Shown here one piece after another: positions 37,584 to 51,399 of a stretch of 64,000 nt of DNA. The DNA comes from Mytilus edulis (Eukaryota). Location: positions 5,332,001-5,396,000 of the forward strand of contig NC_092347.1 of NCBI RefSeq assembly GCF_963676685.1. Direction: 5' to 3'. Positions within the stretch are counted from its first letter, which is position 1, and every line of letters begins with the position of its first letter. Under the pieces are notes generated by a model that made no database searches, was not told where the DNA came from, and saw only the letters and a program-made list of their open reading frames with translations. The position numbers were made by a program, and so were the translations under genes.

Positions 37584-39167
37584 TGCCCGTGTCACACTGT
37601 CCCGATTTTTACGCCGATGGCAACACGATTATGGAAATTTTCAAAATCGGGACTGATCGTATCCAGATCGGGCTATTCGTAGTGCCATCTTTAACCATCA
37701 TAGAACCATCGCCCACTTTTTCTAGCCTTCGGGGACAACTTCGGGATGGGTTCTAAATTTTTTAACATGTTAAAAAATCCCCGAAGTTGCGTCCGATGTT
37801 GAGGGTTCGTATTGAGTTCGTATCACCATCCTCACCATCGTAATTTCACCGGGAATGCATCTTTGAACATCGTATTGCATTCGTGTTTCCATCGTTTCCA
37901 TCGGGCAGTTTTGACATAACGATGTCTACACGAATGAATCACGAAGCTACCCGAAGGTCTTACGATGGCAACACGACTTCGTGAAGACCTCGTAATCCCG
38001 TCGTGTTGCCATCGAATAAAAGTACGAAGGCGACAAGATGGAACTACGACGGCAATAAATCCAGCTAAATGTAAGTTAATTTTCGCGCTAAAATACATTT
38101 AAAGTGCCTTGCGCGATATGCACTGGTCAGTCTAATACGACAGTTAAGAAAGACGTTCACAAAACATGGAGCTCATATCATATGATTCTATGAGAACAAG
38201 AAAGGCGACAGTGTTGTTTCTATTAATTCAAATGGAACAAGAAGAGCAGCTATTACAGGCTCAGGATTTACTTTTACAAGTAAAATATTATTTTTTGTCA
38301 ATTTTTCATATCAAGTAACATAATAAAAATCATAAACGCGCCTCGTACACCAACACTGCAGGTACACGTATATAGGGAAACCAACTTTTTCTTCATTATT
38401 CTGATTTTTTATGTATCGTCTGAGTTGTTGACACACGAATGTTTACTCCATAACCATTTTGTTTTCTATATGTCATATTTTGCCGCATTTGTTGCTTTCC
38501 CCACATCCTTCTTTTTGTCTATATTATTATGATATTCTCCTGGAAAGAGCTCTTTTTGATTAAAAGGGATCAACGAACCCATTACCTTACCTTTAAGATA
38601 GATCAGTAAACATGGGCATAATTATGGGTGATTATTCAGACTAGTGCACACATTTTACATTTCAAACAAGGCAATGCCGAGCGTGGCATCTCCTCGTATG
38701 TAACATATTGGGGACAAATATGGACACTATATTTGTATATGACACATGCAGAAAATGGTAAATTGAATATGCATATTTGATACATAAACTAGTTTTTTTA
38801 GAAATTAACCAAATCTTTCAGTAACTGGAATATAATTTAAATTCATCGTAAGTTGTACACGACGTCTTTAAGACATCGTATGGCCATTGCGCCATCATCT
38901 TAATCCATCGTGTAGCCTTCGTGATTCATCGTGTAGGCTTCGGCTGAGATATGAAGCTTAAACATCCGTCTTCGGTTAACCTTCATATGTCCATCTTTTG
39001 CTATCGTATATAATTTTGGCACCATCGTATAGACTTCGTTATTCATCGTACTTGCTTCGGTCCCTTTTTGGTATTTTAACGAGATCTGGACCAACTTCGT
39101 ACGAACTTACAATTTTCGCATTTGGTTGTCCATCGTATATAAAAATCGGGACAGTGTGACGCGGGCA
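37584..39167. mobile_element. Non-autonomous TIR DNA transposon (1584 bp), possibly Harbinger-related
   Basis: 28-bp TIR TGCCCG(T/C)GTCACACTGTCCCGATTTTTA with one mismatch; TTAA (or TA) on both sides; interrupts a short tandem repeat. Confidence 0.85.
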
Positions 39168-40653
39168 TTAACAATGTGTGTTGAGAGGGTAACAGACTTT
39201 AGACAATATGTGTTGAGAGGGTGACATACGTTAAACAATGTGTGTTGACAGGGATAGCATTTCCTGCTATACATTGTACTCATTAACCACCATATGATCA
39301 CACCCAAAAATAATTAATGCATGTTTTATATACAACAGTGCAAACTTGTGATCTAAAACAAAGTTGATGTGTACTTTTAGAAAATAAAGTGCCTCTGTTT
39401 TGGTAGAAGTATCTGGGTGTAAATTTTAAGCTTGTTAAATAGTGTTCGATGACAAGGATGAAAAGATATTTTATGCAACGTTGGTCTTAGATGGGTAAAG
39501 CTGTCCGGTTTTGATGCTCTAACTTTTTTATATTTGTTTTGTCTCGAGCGAAACATGTGAAGGGAATTCCAGAGCCCCTTTTTACATTCGCGTTGATTTA
39601 ATGAGTGTTTTTGAAAATCAAATTTATAGTAGCTTGTGCGTTCACCAATGTTTTGAATATCTTTAAATGATCTCCCGATATTAGCTACATTTGTCTGATA
39701 AAATCACAATTTTATTAAACACGTGCTTCTCCGCTTAAAACAAAAACAAACATCTAATTGAATTAAAGAATTATTCTAATTTATATAACCGGAGAATGAA
39801 GTTTGTTGATGATAACCTTATCCTACTACCACACACGAGATATAACGCTTGATAATTGAAATTTATTTCAAACAGGTGTAAGTGTTAATTTCTTTCAAAC
39901 AAGGCGTTAACGCGTGAAGTACTTCCTATATACTTAGATATTTCCCGTTTGTCAGTACTATATTAGTTCTGTGAGAAAAGCTGCATATGAATAAGGCCTA
40001 CTCAAGTTAAATGCTAGTTAATTGATGTTTTATGTTTTATGTAAAGTTACACGTTTATATTTAATACTAAAGAAAATACCCGTGTTTAGTTTTAAAAATA
40101 TTTAAATAAATACTCAATATAAAGAATATAGTTTTATTTGCTTGAATACAACATGTCACCATAAATTCATTCGACAAGCCACTTCACATCTTTATGTTGA
40201 ATTTATTCATTTCAGTATTAGGACATAGTAGCCAACATTCTACCTTAAGTTTAAGCCGCATTAATGTATTCTCGAATGTATTGCGTGATGACTAGATATT
40301 TCGCTCTTCATTAAAAATCCTCCCGTTATATTTTTTGCGGGGGCTATTTTCACTATGAAGCATATCTTGAACTATACGTATCAAGCTTCTTGCTTATTAA
40401 CTTTTGATATTTGTAATTCTACCATTAGATCGCATCAAACTCCGCTGATTTTATGTAATATTAATCTTTTTTCTACATTTACTAACACTCAATTCTGTTT
40501 GAAGTAGTAATTTTTCACTAAGTTGTTTTAAATTGTCATCTTCAAACTACAAATGAGTCTCTTGATCAGCATTGTCGAGTTTTAAATTATATGTTATTTA
40601 CATGCAAAAAAATGATGAATATTCGTCCTAATCACATCAGTGTTAATGCTGAT

Positions 40654-40723
40654 ATGCCACTGGGTGACATATTAACATGCCACTTGGTGACATATTAACA
40701 TGCCACTGGGTGACATATTCAAC
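40654..40723. repeat. 23-bp tandem repeat (3 copies)
   Basis: ATGCCACTGGGTGACATATTAAC. Confidence 0.9.
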
Positions 40724-40732
40724 GATAGCGAT

Positions 40733-41580
40733 GTTCCAGACCATATGAGTATTTGGACCGTACGCGTATACTCGTACGGTCCGATCATACGCGTACGGTC
40801 GGACCGTACACGTATATACTCATACGGTCTAGTACGAGCAGGACCATACATGTATTTGAACCATATGGGTTTATTTTAGACAAACATTTATCAAAATACT
40901 TTTATTGAATTTTATAAATTAATATTATTACAGTTAGATGAATAAAGCGAATACGTGAAAATTCAATCAATTGAAATTAAATAATTCTGTATTCGATGTC
41001 TTTAATTGTCCATATTTTTTGTTTTGCACTATCGCCCCGGACGACACTTGCTTCCACAAGGAACGTCAGATTTTAAGGAACGTCCATTTATTTCAAGATG
41101 GGTTTTTTTTTCAAAAAAAAATTGTGATCTTAAATTTTATGAAAAAAATTATTCTGTTCAAGCAGATAACAAAAAAATATTTTGAATCCGGCAGATTTTC
41201 CCCATACCTAAAAGTGTTAAATATTGAAAAAAATGCTTTCAATGTTTTATTGATAGTGTTAAAAACCAAATAAAATTGATCGCGCAAAGTAAAATTTCTG
41301 ACTCGGATAAAACAACCATTATATGACCCATTTCCAATAACTTCAATTCAGCGAGCAATATTCAATTTCATGTCAATGCATTACTGACATGCTAAATGAA
41401 GGAGATGAACAGATTAAATTAACGCGACTTTTTTTAAAATAGTATAAACATTAAGTTTTTATTACATTTACAATTAAACAAAATATAATAATTCGAGATT
41501 TCAGTTATGTGATTCTTTTGTATCTAATAAACTTGTCTGGACCGTACGCGTACGGGCCAAATACTCATACGGTCTTGAAC
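40733..41580. mobile_element. MITE with ~36-bp imperfect TIRs
   Basis: Left GTTCCAGACCATATGAGTATTTGGACCGTACGCGTA versus right-end reverse complement GTTCAAGACCGTATGAGTATTTGGCCCGTACGCGTA; no clear TSD. Confidence 0.8.
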
Positions 41581-42189
41581 GGAGACATTAGACTTGTGTC
41601 CCCTCTCGATTTCTGTGGCAAGATCAAACTATCGTATACCCTACAAAAATGATAGAAATTAAATGAAGCCGAGGGAGCATCTCATTCCTTTAAATGCATA
41701 CTCTAAATGTCTCTTTTCATGTAACAGGTTACGTATCGCGAAGTACAGCAGCAAAATTTACAAAAAACAAATAAGTTCGAAGCTAAATATCAACTTATAA
41801 AAACATGATTACTTATACGGAATCCTGACAACGGTCGTTGTTTCTCTCCGCAAAATAAAACTAACCACACTATGTTTATTAAAAAAGCAAAATTAATGTT
41901 TATTGTCTCATAGAAGTATTTAATTGTTTGCCTTAAAACCAAGATTTTAACGGTTGAATAAGTTAAGATGGATCGTATTCAAACTAACGGGCTTTATATA
42001 CAATATTCCCGTTAAAATATGCGATATAACAATTGTAATAATGTTTCGACAGGTACATCTAAACTTCCAAACCAAATATTTATATGTAATACATAATGTA
42101 TGAAATAACGTTGAGAATTAAATTGTTACGCCAAGCATGTGTAGCTCGTGCAATATTGAAATAAGAACATGGGCATTCCACTGCAAATG

Positions 42190-42560
42190 TTTGCACCTAT
42201 CCTAAGTCAGGAATCTGATGTACAGTAGTTGTCGTTTGTGTATGTAATTTATACGTGTTTCTCGTTTTCGTTTTTTTTTTATATATATTAGGCCGTTGGT
42301 TTTCCCGTTTGAATCGTTTTACACTCGCAAATTGGAAAGGGAATAATATAAGTTGAAAAACTTGTGTCCCAATCCACTATAAATAAATATGTTTAAACTA
42401 AACTAGTAATTTTGGAGCCCTTTATAGCTTGTTGTTCGGTGTGAACCAAGGCTTCGTGTTGAAGGCCGTACCTTGATATATAATGGTTTACTTTTATAAA
42501 TTGTTATTTGGATAGAGAGTTGTCTCATTGGCACTCATACCACATCTTCCTATATCTATT
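42190..42560 (-). mobile_element. Family A subfamily copy carrying a nested SINE tail
   Basis: Colinear with 13114-13388 except for an ~80-bp insertion. Confidence 0.75.
42325..42405 (+). mobile_element. 5'-truncated SINE 3' end inserted into a dispersed repeat
   Basis: GGAAAGGGA.TAATAT...CCCAAT.CACTATAAATAAATAT.TTTAAACTAAACTA matches 15645-15705. Confidence 0.7.
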
Positions 42561-45098
42561 TGTTAACTTCGAATGCGAATGAAGAGTGTCAAATGTATAC
42601 GAGTTAACATTATCGTATTAAAGGATACTCTTATATCGAAACCGTCATGAATAATCAGTGCTATCATATTTATCCTGGCTTTTATGGAAGGACGCTAAAT
42701 TGTGTTTTGCACGTAATGATTTGTTCCGGTCTTAATGGCTTGCCAATCTCGGGTTTTTTAAAAATAAACTACTAGAATATTAAAAATAGGTCTATGAAAC
42801 AGTTTTCGTGAAGGAAGACATTTAAAACAAACCTTTTTATGTTCTCTATGTACTTACAGAAACTTCTGCTTTTGTATTTCATTTGTTTGATCTTCTAAAT
42901 CTACTTATTTTCACACACTTCCTCATTTTTTAGTGACTTCTGTTACATATATTGATTTTCTATAATCGGACTAGAGCATCTGAGTTTTCGGCTGTGCGTT
43001 GCAGTGTATTTTTGTATTCCATTACCTGATGTAGCCTATACTGAGTTGATGAATACTCACAGAGACCAACAGTCCATGTACCAGCAGTGGTATTGACCCA
43101 GTGCTGGTAAACCAAAATAAAATTTTATCAAGTTCGTGCGTCCGAAGCGAACAATTGCTACTCAACTTAGATTTTTTTTTTCAGATTAAAAGAAAAGTTC
43201 TCTTTTTTTATGATTTTAGCGTATCGACTCGACCTACCTACACATGACTGGAACTGTTGCTAAAATATCAGATGTAGCAAAATATCATAACTCATTAAGA
43301 AAATCATTAAAGAATCAATTGATAGCAGAATTTTGAGATATATAACAAACTGCTATCATCAAGGAATAAAGATAAGCTTTATTTGGTTAACGATGCTTAT
43401 GATTTTGTAAAAGCGGCAAGTTAGCGAAACATTCTCAAGCAAAAACTTCTTAGAGATTGATAGCAATTGCATAGATTTATATTAATCAAGTTGTTATTTA
43501 ATATTTTTATTTCACTTTTTCTTTACATAAAGCATTTTTCAATCTTCGTTTTTATCTTCTGGTCCATTATGATTTGTCCATTTATTTGTAATCAATGCTA
43601 ACTGAGGTTATCTACAGTTTAATGTCTGTGTCTTTTGTTTGTCTGTCCATGGTTATGACATTAAGGTATTAAATAGACATGCTATATCATTGTTAATGTG
43701 ATTTCATTTCCTTTTTTGTTTAAGCATGGTCGAGTGAAAGAACGGTACTTGTTAGGTTTAGTTTATGATATTCACTTAAAATTTTGTTTAAATTGAAATA
43801 AAATGTTGATTTGCTTCATTGCTACTTACATGAACTAATCCCAAATGGACTATTTTTGTTTACCTTTTTCTTCTTGTCATGAGAATGCATTTTATGTATT
43901 TCCAGGCAAACTCATCTCAGCGTCGTCTCTGAGTATTTTATAGTCAGTATATATATGCATTTGATTTGTCAGAGTGTGTTCATGCAAGTTGACGGATACC
44001 TATGGAAAAACAGCTCGTGTTTGATGTTTCCATTGCTATTTGAATATCATAGCATCCTCCCTTTCTCATAATCATACTTTTTTTTTCACTTTATCATTAT
44101 GTTACTTCTTTTTACGCGTAAAATATCCCACTTAACGTTAAAAGCAAAATGTTGTTTATGATTGTAAGTTCGCCTTGATGCTGATCTGACTTTAGAATCA
44201 ATATAAAAACATGATATCTGTATTCGGTGGGTGCTCTGTGTTGTATTTGTAGCCATTTTTTATTCCATATCTGTAAAAATTGATTTTGAGTTACATCCAT
44301 ATCTTTATAACTCGTTTATCTAGATACGTTTTTGTCGGCTTTTTCCTCAGGGCGTTTTAAAGCATCTTAATACAATATCTTCATGTATTATAATGCCTGC
44401 AGTGGTTTTTAATTTCAAAAGTTGGAAAACAATGGCAATTATTATATAATATATTTCTTCGTTACTTCTAAAATATTTTTCATAGTTATTCTTAAAAAGA
44501 AAATAACGCTTGCTTTCGTTTTATTTTTGACATGGATATATTGTTATTAAACATCAATTTTCGAAAGTCATATTACTATCTATCAGGTTTTCGCCTTTGT
44601 AAATGTGTTTTAAACTTTCTCGTCAATATATAATATCTGTGGAAGATATCTGTTTCATTAGTTACACTTAATATGTAAAAGGTATAGACGTCGACATTGC
44701 ACTTTATTTAAATCAGTTGTCGTTATGCATAAATGGAACATTACAATATATTTCATGATAGGTGGCTTGGGAAAATTGTAATAAAGGACACCCTTTATTT
44801 TCACGAAGTCAACGGTCATTTCATCATATTAACGGCTATCAGTGCCAAGACAGGGATAGTGGATCTGTAATTTCGCACGTCTCTGGTGTAAACTTAAGAT
44901 CTATCATTAGTCCCAGAATTCATATACGAGTTATAAAACAGATTGATGTATAATAATTATGTGGTTGATTCATGTAAAAAAATGTCAAGTTTCACATCCC
45001 AGCAAAAGATTAATGAACTCGTATAGTTGTAATGAAGGCCTCTTTCATCGGAGTGCTGTAACGGGTGTTAAATGTTAATTCTCTACATAATCAACTTA

Positions 45099-45376
45099 AT
45101 CATCAGCTCACTCTAACTACATCAAATACTGGCATAGCTTTGACGATCATCAGCTCACTCTAACTACATCAAATACTCACATAGCTTTGACGATCATCAG
45201 CTCACTCTAACTACATCAAATACTCACATAGCTTTGACGATCATCAGCTCACTCTAACTACATCAAATACTCACATAGCTTTGACGATCATCAGCTCACT
45301 CTAACTACATCAAATACTCACATAGCTTTGACGATCATCAGCTCACTCTAACTACATCAAATACTCACATAGCTTT
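45099..45376. repeat. 47-bp tandem repeat (about 6 copies)
   Basis: ATCATCAGCTCACTCTAACTACATCAAATACTCACATAGCTTTGACG. Confidence 0.97.
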
Positions 45377-46160
45377 CAATATACAACTTAAATTAATTGA
45401 AGGTTATTGAGTTTGCACAGCGCCTCATAGTGTGTGTAAAAAATACCTCATTTTTGAACTGTTAATTTATTGTTGTATTGAATTAAAGCACTCGAATGTT
45501 ATGTAATATAGTTTAACGGATTTGAACTTGAGCAGTTTCGTAAAAATAGAAAACTTTACTGTAGTTTTAAGAATTCCATAATCTCTGCGAAAGCAGTAGA
45601 GTTTAACCTTCAAATATTTTTTTCTAATCAAATCGCATTGATTTTTACAATTGTTTCTTTTAAAACTCTTTTTGACCTATGAAACTAAAACCGTCTGATG
45701 TGTAGTGTTTTATACTTTAGTATTGGAAAAGTGATTTTTTATAAGTTATTATTGGCTTTGAACTCGTTTTCAGTAACTGCTAGTACTCTCAGATAGGTAT
45801 GTCTTAAGTCTTTGTTAGTTGCTTTTTTAGAATGTGTGTGCTTTGTGTTGATCTGATGATTCAAGCCCTAAAATTTCCAACTGATTTTTATAGTTTGTTC
45901 TTATGTTGTGTTGGTACACCACTGTCTTCGGTTAGGTTGGAAGATTGGGCGCCCGCAAACATGTTTACCCCGCTATAAAACATGTCCCAATTAAGGCGAT
46001 AGTAGTTTTCCGATGTTCCAATCAATTAGGAAGAGACAATTCATTATAACACACAAAATCTGAGGAAATCGCATGCTCCAAAAGAAGCAAGACCGAGGTG
46101 TAGGTAGAGTTGGAATCTTCTGAAATTCTTACTACGTCCGCCATGCGAATTCACTTTTTT

Positions 46161-47115
46161 AGAATAGGACACAATCGATACAGATCACACGACAATAGTG
46201 GTATCCAAGTCAGCCTGTAATTCACTGTCACAATGAAGAATAGGACACAATCGATACAGATCACACGACAATAGTGGTATCCAAGTCATCCTGTAATTTA
46301 CTGTCACAATGAAGAATAGGACACAATCGATACAGATCACACGACAATAGTGGTATCCAAGTCATCCTGTAATTCACTGTCACAATGAAGAATAGGACAC
46401 AATCGATACAGATCACACGACAATAGTGGTATCCAAGTCATCCTGTAATTCACTGTCACAATGAAGAATAGGACACAATCGATACAGATCACACGACAAT
46501 AGTGGTATCCAAGTCATCCTGTAATTCAATGATTGTTGACACAATCGATTCAGATCACACGACAATAGTGGTATCCAAGTCAGCCTGTAATTCACTGTCA
46601 CAATGAAGAATAGGACACAATCGATACAGATCACACGACAATAGTGGTATCCAAGTCAGCCTGTAATTCACTGTCACAATGAAGAATAGGACACAATCGA
46701 TACAGATCACACGACAATAGTGGTATTCAAGTCATCCTGTAATTCAATGATTGTTGACACAATCGATACAGATCACATGACAATAGTGGTATCCAAGTCA
46801 GCCTGTAATTCACTGTCACAATGAAGAATAGGACACAATCGATACAGATCACACGACAATAGTGGTATCCAAGTCATCCTGTAATTCAATGATTGTTGAC
46901 ACAATCGATACAGATCACACGACAATAGTGGTATCCAAGTCAGCCTGTAATTAACTGTCACAATGAAGAATAGGACACAATCGATACAGATCACACGACA
47001 ATAGTGGTATCCAAGTCAGCCTGTAATTCACTGTCACAATGAAGAATAGGACACAATCGATACAGATCACACGACAATAGTGGTATCCAAGTCAGCCTGT
47101 AATTCAATGCTTGTT
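46161..47115. repeat. Minisatellite of interleaved 76-bp and 66-bp units (13 units)
   Basis: Shared core GACACAATCGATACAGATCACACGACAATAGTGGTATCCAAGTCA.CCTGTAATTCA. Confidence 0.97.
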
Positions 47116-48510
47116 GTTTGTTGCTGGATATCGTATTTTTCGTTTAGGTTTGTTTACATAAATTAGACCGTTAGTTTTCTCGTTTGCATTGTTTCGCATT
47201 TGCAATGTCGGGGCCTTTCAAAACGTGCTATGTTGTATGTTTTTGTCTATAGTTGATTATTTCTTTGTTGTTTGGTCTCTGAAAGAAAGCTGTTTCTTTA
47301 GCAGTCATTTTATATCTTGTTTGATTTTCGATATATCTTAGTGTCAATATTAAGTTCGTAAAAGATTTAGCTATCCTTGCATTTATTTGTAGTTTTAACT
47401 GAGATGTGAAAAGTTGGAAGATGTCTAAAAAATCATAAATCTGATATGAAATGATCTCAAACAGACTTATATCTTGTTAACTCTAACAATCTGAGGGACA
47501 TTGATCGATACATTCCTAATACTTTAGATGATTTCAAGGGGTGAACAAACTTTACACCTATTCGGGTAGTGCTGTATACCATGAGAATTATCTGTTATAA
47601 AAGTACAGATATCCTTTTGTTTATACACTAAGGTATTTATTTTTATCATAACCTTTGCGTTTTATAATATTGTAATGTCCATTATTTTTCTGTTTACAGA
47701 TATTGTACTGTTTCTAACTCATTACGTATTGTTACGTCTATTATTTCTCTGATATACAGATATTGTCCTGGTTCTACCTCATTACCTCCCTTGTTTCTGG
47801 TGGCTGTCTCCTTGTTTCCCTTTGAATGCTATATTGGTTTTAAATTGCTTCAATTAGTTTGACGATTTTAATAAGGTTGTCCTTTTTACTAGATACAACT
47901 GTGATCTTTGAAAAAATAAATACTGAATAATTTATCACAACGGATCATCTTTTCATGGTCCGTTTAACTTGTTTGAAGATATTTATGGAATAAGTTTGAA
48001 GATATCTAAACAGACATTTTATGACATACCATTATATTTTGTACTTTTATTGTTTATCGATAATAAAAGGTCAGACTGTGAAAATTGTATTTTGGGAAAA
48101 GAATAAAACTAAATGTGATCAATAGATAATAAATTGTCGTTTCCTAAACGTCCAGTACCGTTTACCGAAAACATATTTGCTATTTGAACGGTCAACGTGT
48201 TCTGAAAGAAAGTGTATTTAGGGAAATATTGGAGCAATGGTGCGATTCTGAGAAAAAAGAATATCTTTTATGTGAAAATGCTAGTTTAAAATGCAGTTAA
48301 ATGATATAAGCAATGAAGATTCCTAAGCATCCAAATCAACTCCTCCACCTTGTGTTGATAATAGATTGAGTACATCTAGACTGTGACATGTTTTCAGTCT
48401 GTTAACATGTTAAACTGTTTGGCAGACTGAAATATTTACATTCTTACACGAGAAATAACTATGGAAAAAACTTGTGCAGAAGTCATAATTATCACAATGT
48501 TTTATTACAG

Positions 48511-48570
48511 AATATGAATAATGAAGACGTAACGTCAAGTCTGTGCCAGGAATTCATCTAATACTTAGAG
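48511..48570 (+). other. Candidate 60-nt 5'UTR exon
   Basis: Acceptor TGTTTTATTACAG| and consensus donor GAG|GTAAGT; contains short uORF MNNEDVTSSLCQEFI*. Confidence 0.45.
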
Positions 48571-51399
48571 GTAAGTAAGTTATTTTTGTGCCTATTGGCG
48601 AGAACAAAAGCCCACGGATATATACAAATAGTTATATAAAGAACACATCAGTCGATACCTTATTACTGGGAATGTTATACAAAGAACATATACTGTATAG
48701 GTCAAGACATTAATCGGGTCCTTGGGTGATACGGGTAGGATATTTTATTGGATTTGATTATTTTATAAATAGTCTTTATAAATTCGGTTGGTAGGTTATT
48801 CAACCTTTGATCGAGTAAAATGAATGTGGTATTATTGCCAGTGAGACAACTATCCACCAGTATTTTACACTACTTGACAGCCTTATTGCTGGAAAAGAAT
48901 TCCAATAGTGATTTAGTATCCAAACAATAAAAAGATAAATTCTGACTAAAGGGTGTTTATAAATTATGTCAGATCTAGTATATTTTCAAAACTGTTTTTT
49001 GACTAAAATCCAAATTGTGTTTCGGTCATTCACATAAAAGTCACATTCCAGCGTATCTTTAGCATAGACAATATCGTCTATTATCCTTCATGCATTAAGG
49101 AAAATATACTTAACTACTAGAAAATAGACGCAACACGATTTTTAGAAAAAGAATCTTAAAAATAACAGAATAGTGATCAAATTAACTAAAACTAAATTGC
49201 CTTTAAAGGTTATTTGATGAAACATGTTGCTTGGTTGCGGTGAAGGTTTCTAATCCTGGTACCTTTGATAAATGTTTCTAACTTATCGTAGGAGTCTTCA
49301 TTTTTTACTCAAACTCATTTATCTCATTCTCAATTTTATCTAATTTACTTGTTTAATTGTTAACAGAAATTATGGATCATAAAGTTACATAGAAATTACT
49401 ATATATCTTCTATTCTTCAATTACCAAAAAGTATCATCGTTTGAAGATTTTATCAATTAGTTTCCAATTTAGAAAAACATAAATATCTATATTGCATCAA
49501 TGATCAAAGAAGTTATAACCGGAAGTATAGTTAATTAATGGCAAGCCAAAAAAATATAATAGAAAATCAAAACGATAGAAGAAAGTATTCGATCATATTT
49601 CTTGGGACTATTTTTTTATGACCCTGATCATTTCAATTAGATGAATATTGCGTTACATTTTTAATCGATTCAGTTTTAAAAGCGAAAAGACATAAAATTC
49701 TATTACAGTTATATGAAACTGATATTTATTATTACAAATTTACATATTTAAGGCATTTAAATGTACATGTCTTGATACTTTGCTATCACTGTGAAGTGAT
49801 TTGTTTGGGAAACTGTTTACAAATTTGTAATTGTATAATTCCATGTCAAATATCAGTTAGGATGTATCATTTGCATAATCAAAAGATAAAGTATGCGATG
49901 AACAAATTAAATATTATGATCATAATGGTCAAAAACAAAAATCATTGTAAATGAAATAGATTCGTGTGAATTTATACACATTTTGGTAATTGAATTTAAT
50001 TTCTAAAAAGAAACAAAACATTCCTGTTTTATCATCACCATCTAGTAGGATTTTATTACCAAACTATTGTTAGAGAAGCCATTTAAATTAAAGCATTATT
50101 GAGAACCATGAATAATGCAGACATTATGCATATAGTAATAAAGTGCATGGACTGCAGGTGTTCATATTACGAAAAAGTTTGCACATTAGAGAATTATCAT
50201 TAAAATTGATTCAATTAAAAAAACATAGATGCACTGTTGTTTGCTTTATTCATATTTTTCACGATATATCTATGGGTAATTGTGTCATATACGTAAGTTC
50301 TCGCTTTTTTTTATTCACATCCTATTTTTAAGTTTGAGGGATAAATATTAATTTTCATTTGGATAGTTGTCTCATTGGCAATCATACGATATCTCCTTAC
50401 TTTTATTTGTCTGTGTTCATAGAACTACAAATAAAAATATCATTTACAGTAACTGTAAAAGAACATCTTCAAATATTAAGGATGTCCAACACGTCACATT
50501 AGTTAATCATTTTTTGTCCAGCTCAGTAAACCTCTTATATTATTTACTGTCTGAAATATCAATTTGTGTCCATGCTTGCTTCTAAAAGAGCAGTCATAAG
50601 TGCTCTGCCGCTTTAATATGTGTACATTTAAATTGAAGCTTTTCTGGTAATTTTTTAAATGGAAGCAACTCGGATTCTTTATAGAAGTAAGCATCCAAAA
50701 CAGAAAAGTGACAGCAACTCTTTCATTAGAAGCACATGAACATTTATTTATGACACACTAATGTCCTGATATAAAATACACTTTATATACAACAGTATTT
50801 CTTTCATAATACATTTAGTTAGTCTAATGCATTTGTATTGAAATGGTATTTTGATGAGTTCATAAATGCCTTTTTCCGTTTTGATAAGTAGTTTTTACGA
50901 ATTGAAAAATAATCCGATTTCTTTTGATGTATAAAGTTGCACATAAAAAGGACATTGCAATTTGCAAGGTCAATATGATATTGATAACATAATAAGTTTT
51001 AATATCATAAGAGATTATAGTTGAAATGCCTAATATCAAGCTGATTAACTGTAACGGTTATCTTAAATTAATTTTCTTGATGTATGTCTTTCTGTCAGAG
51101 CCCAGTATAAACAAATTCCTAATAAATAGAGCACTCAATTTGTATTTCCATTAATTACTGTCTTATTATTGTAAATGTAAACAAGTGCTTTGGCATCTCA
51201 GTTTAATTGGTTTATGTAATTTACTTTCTGCTCTACTTTTTTACCTAGAATTTTCTTTGAAATATTAATCTTACATCTACTTAGTACCTAGCAAAGGTCA
51301 AATATCAGAAGTCCGGTTATTACCAAACAAATATAGGTGCATAAGTAGTCAGAACCACACAATCTTAATAAAATATAGTAGTACTAGGTATGTAATTGT

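Noticed and set aside
38400-38580. Possible minus-strand Myb/MADF relic inside the TIR element
   Set aside because: Only vague similarity that needs frameshifts; cannot be supported without a profile search
45850-45885. CTGATGA as another hammerhead core
   Set aside because: No helix II followed by GAAA, and no helix I partner found
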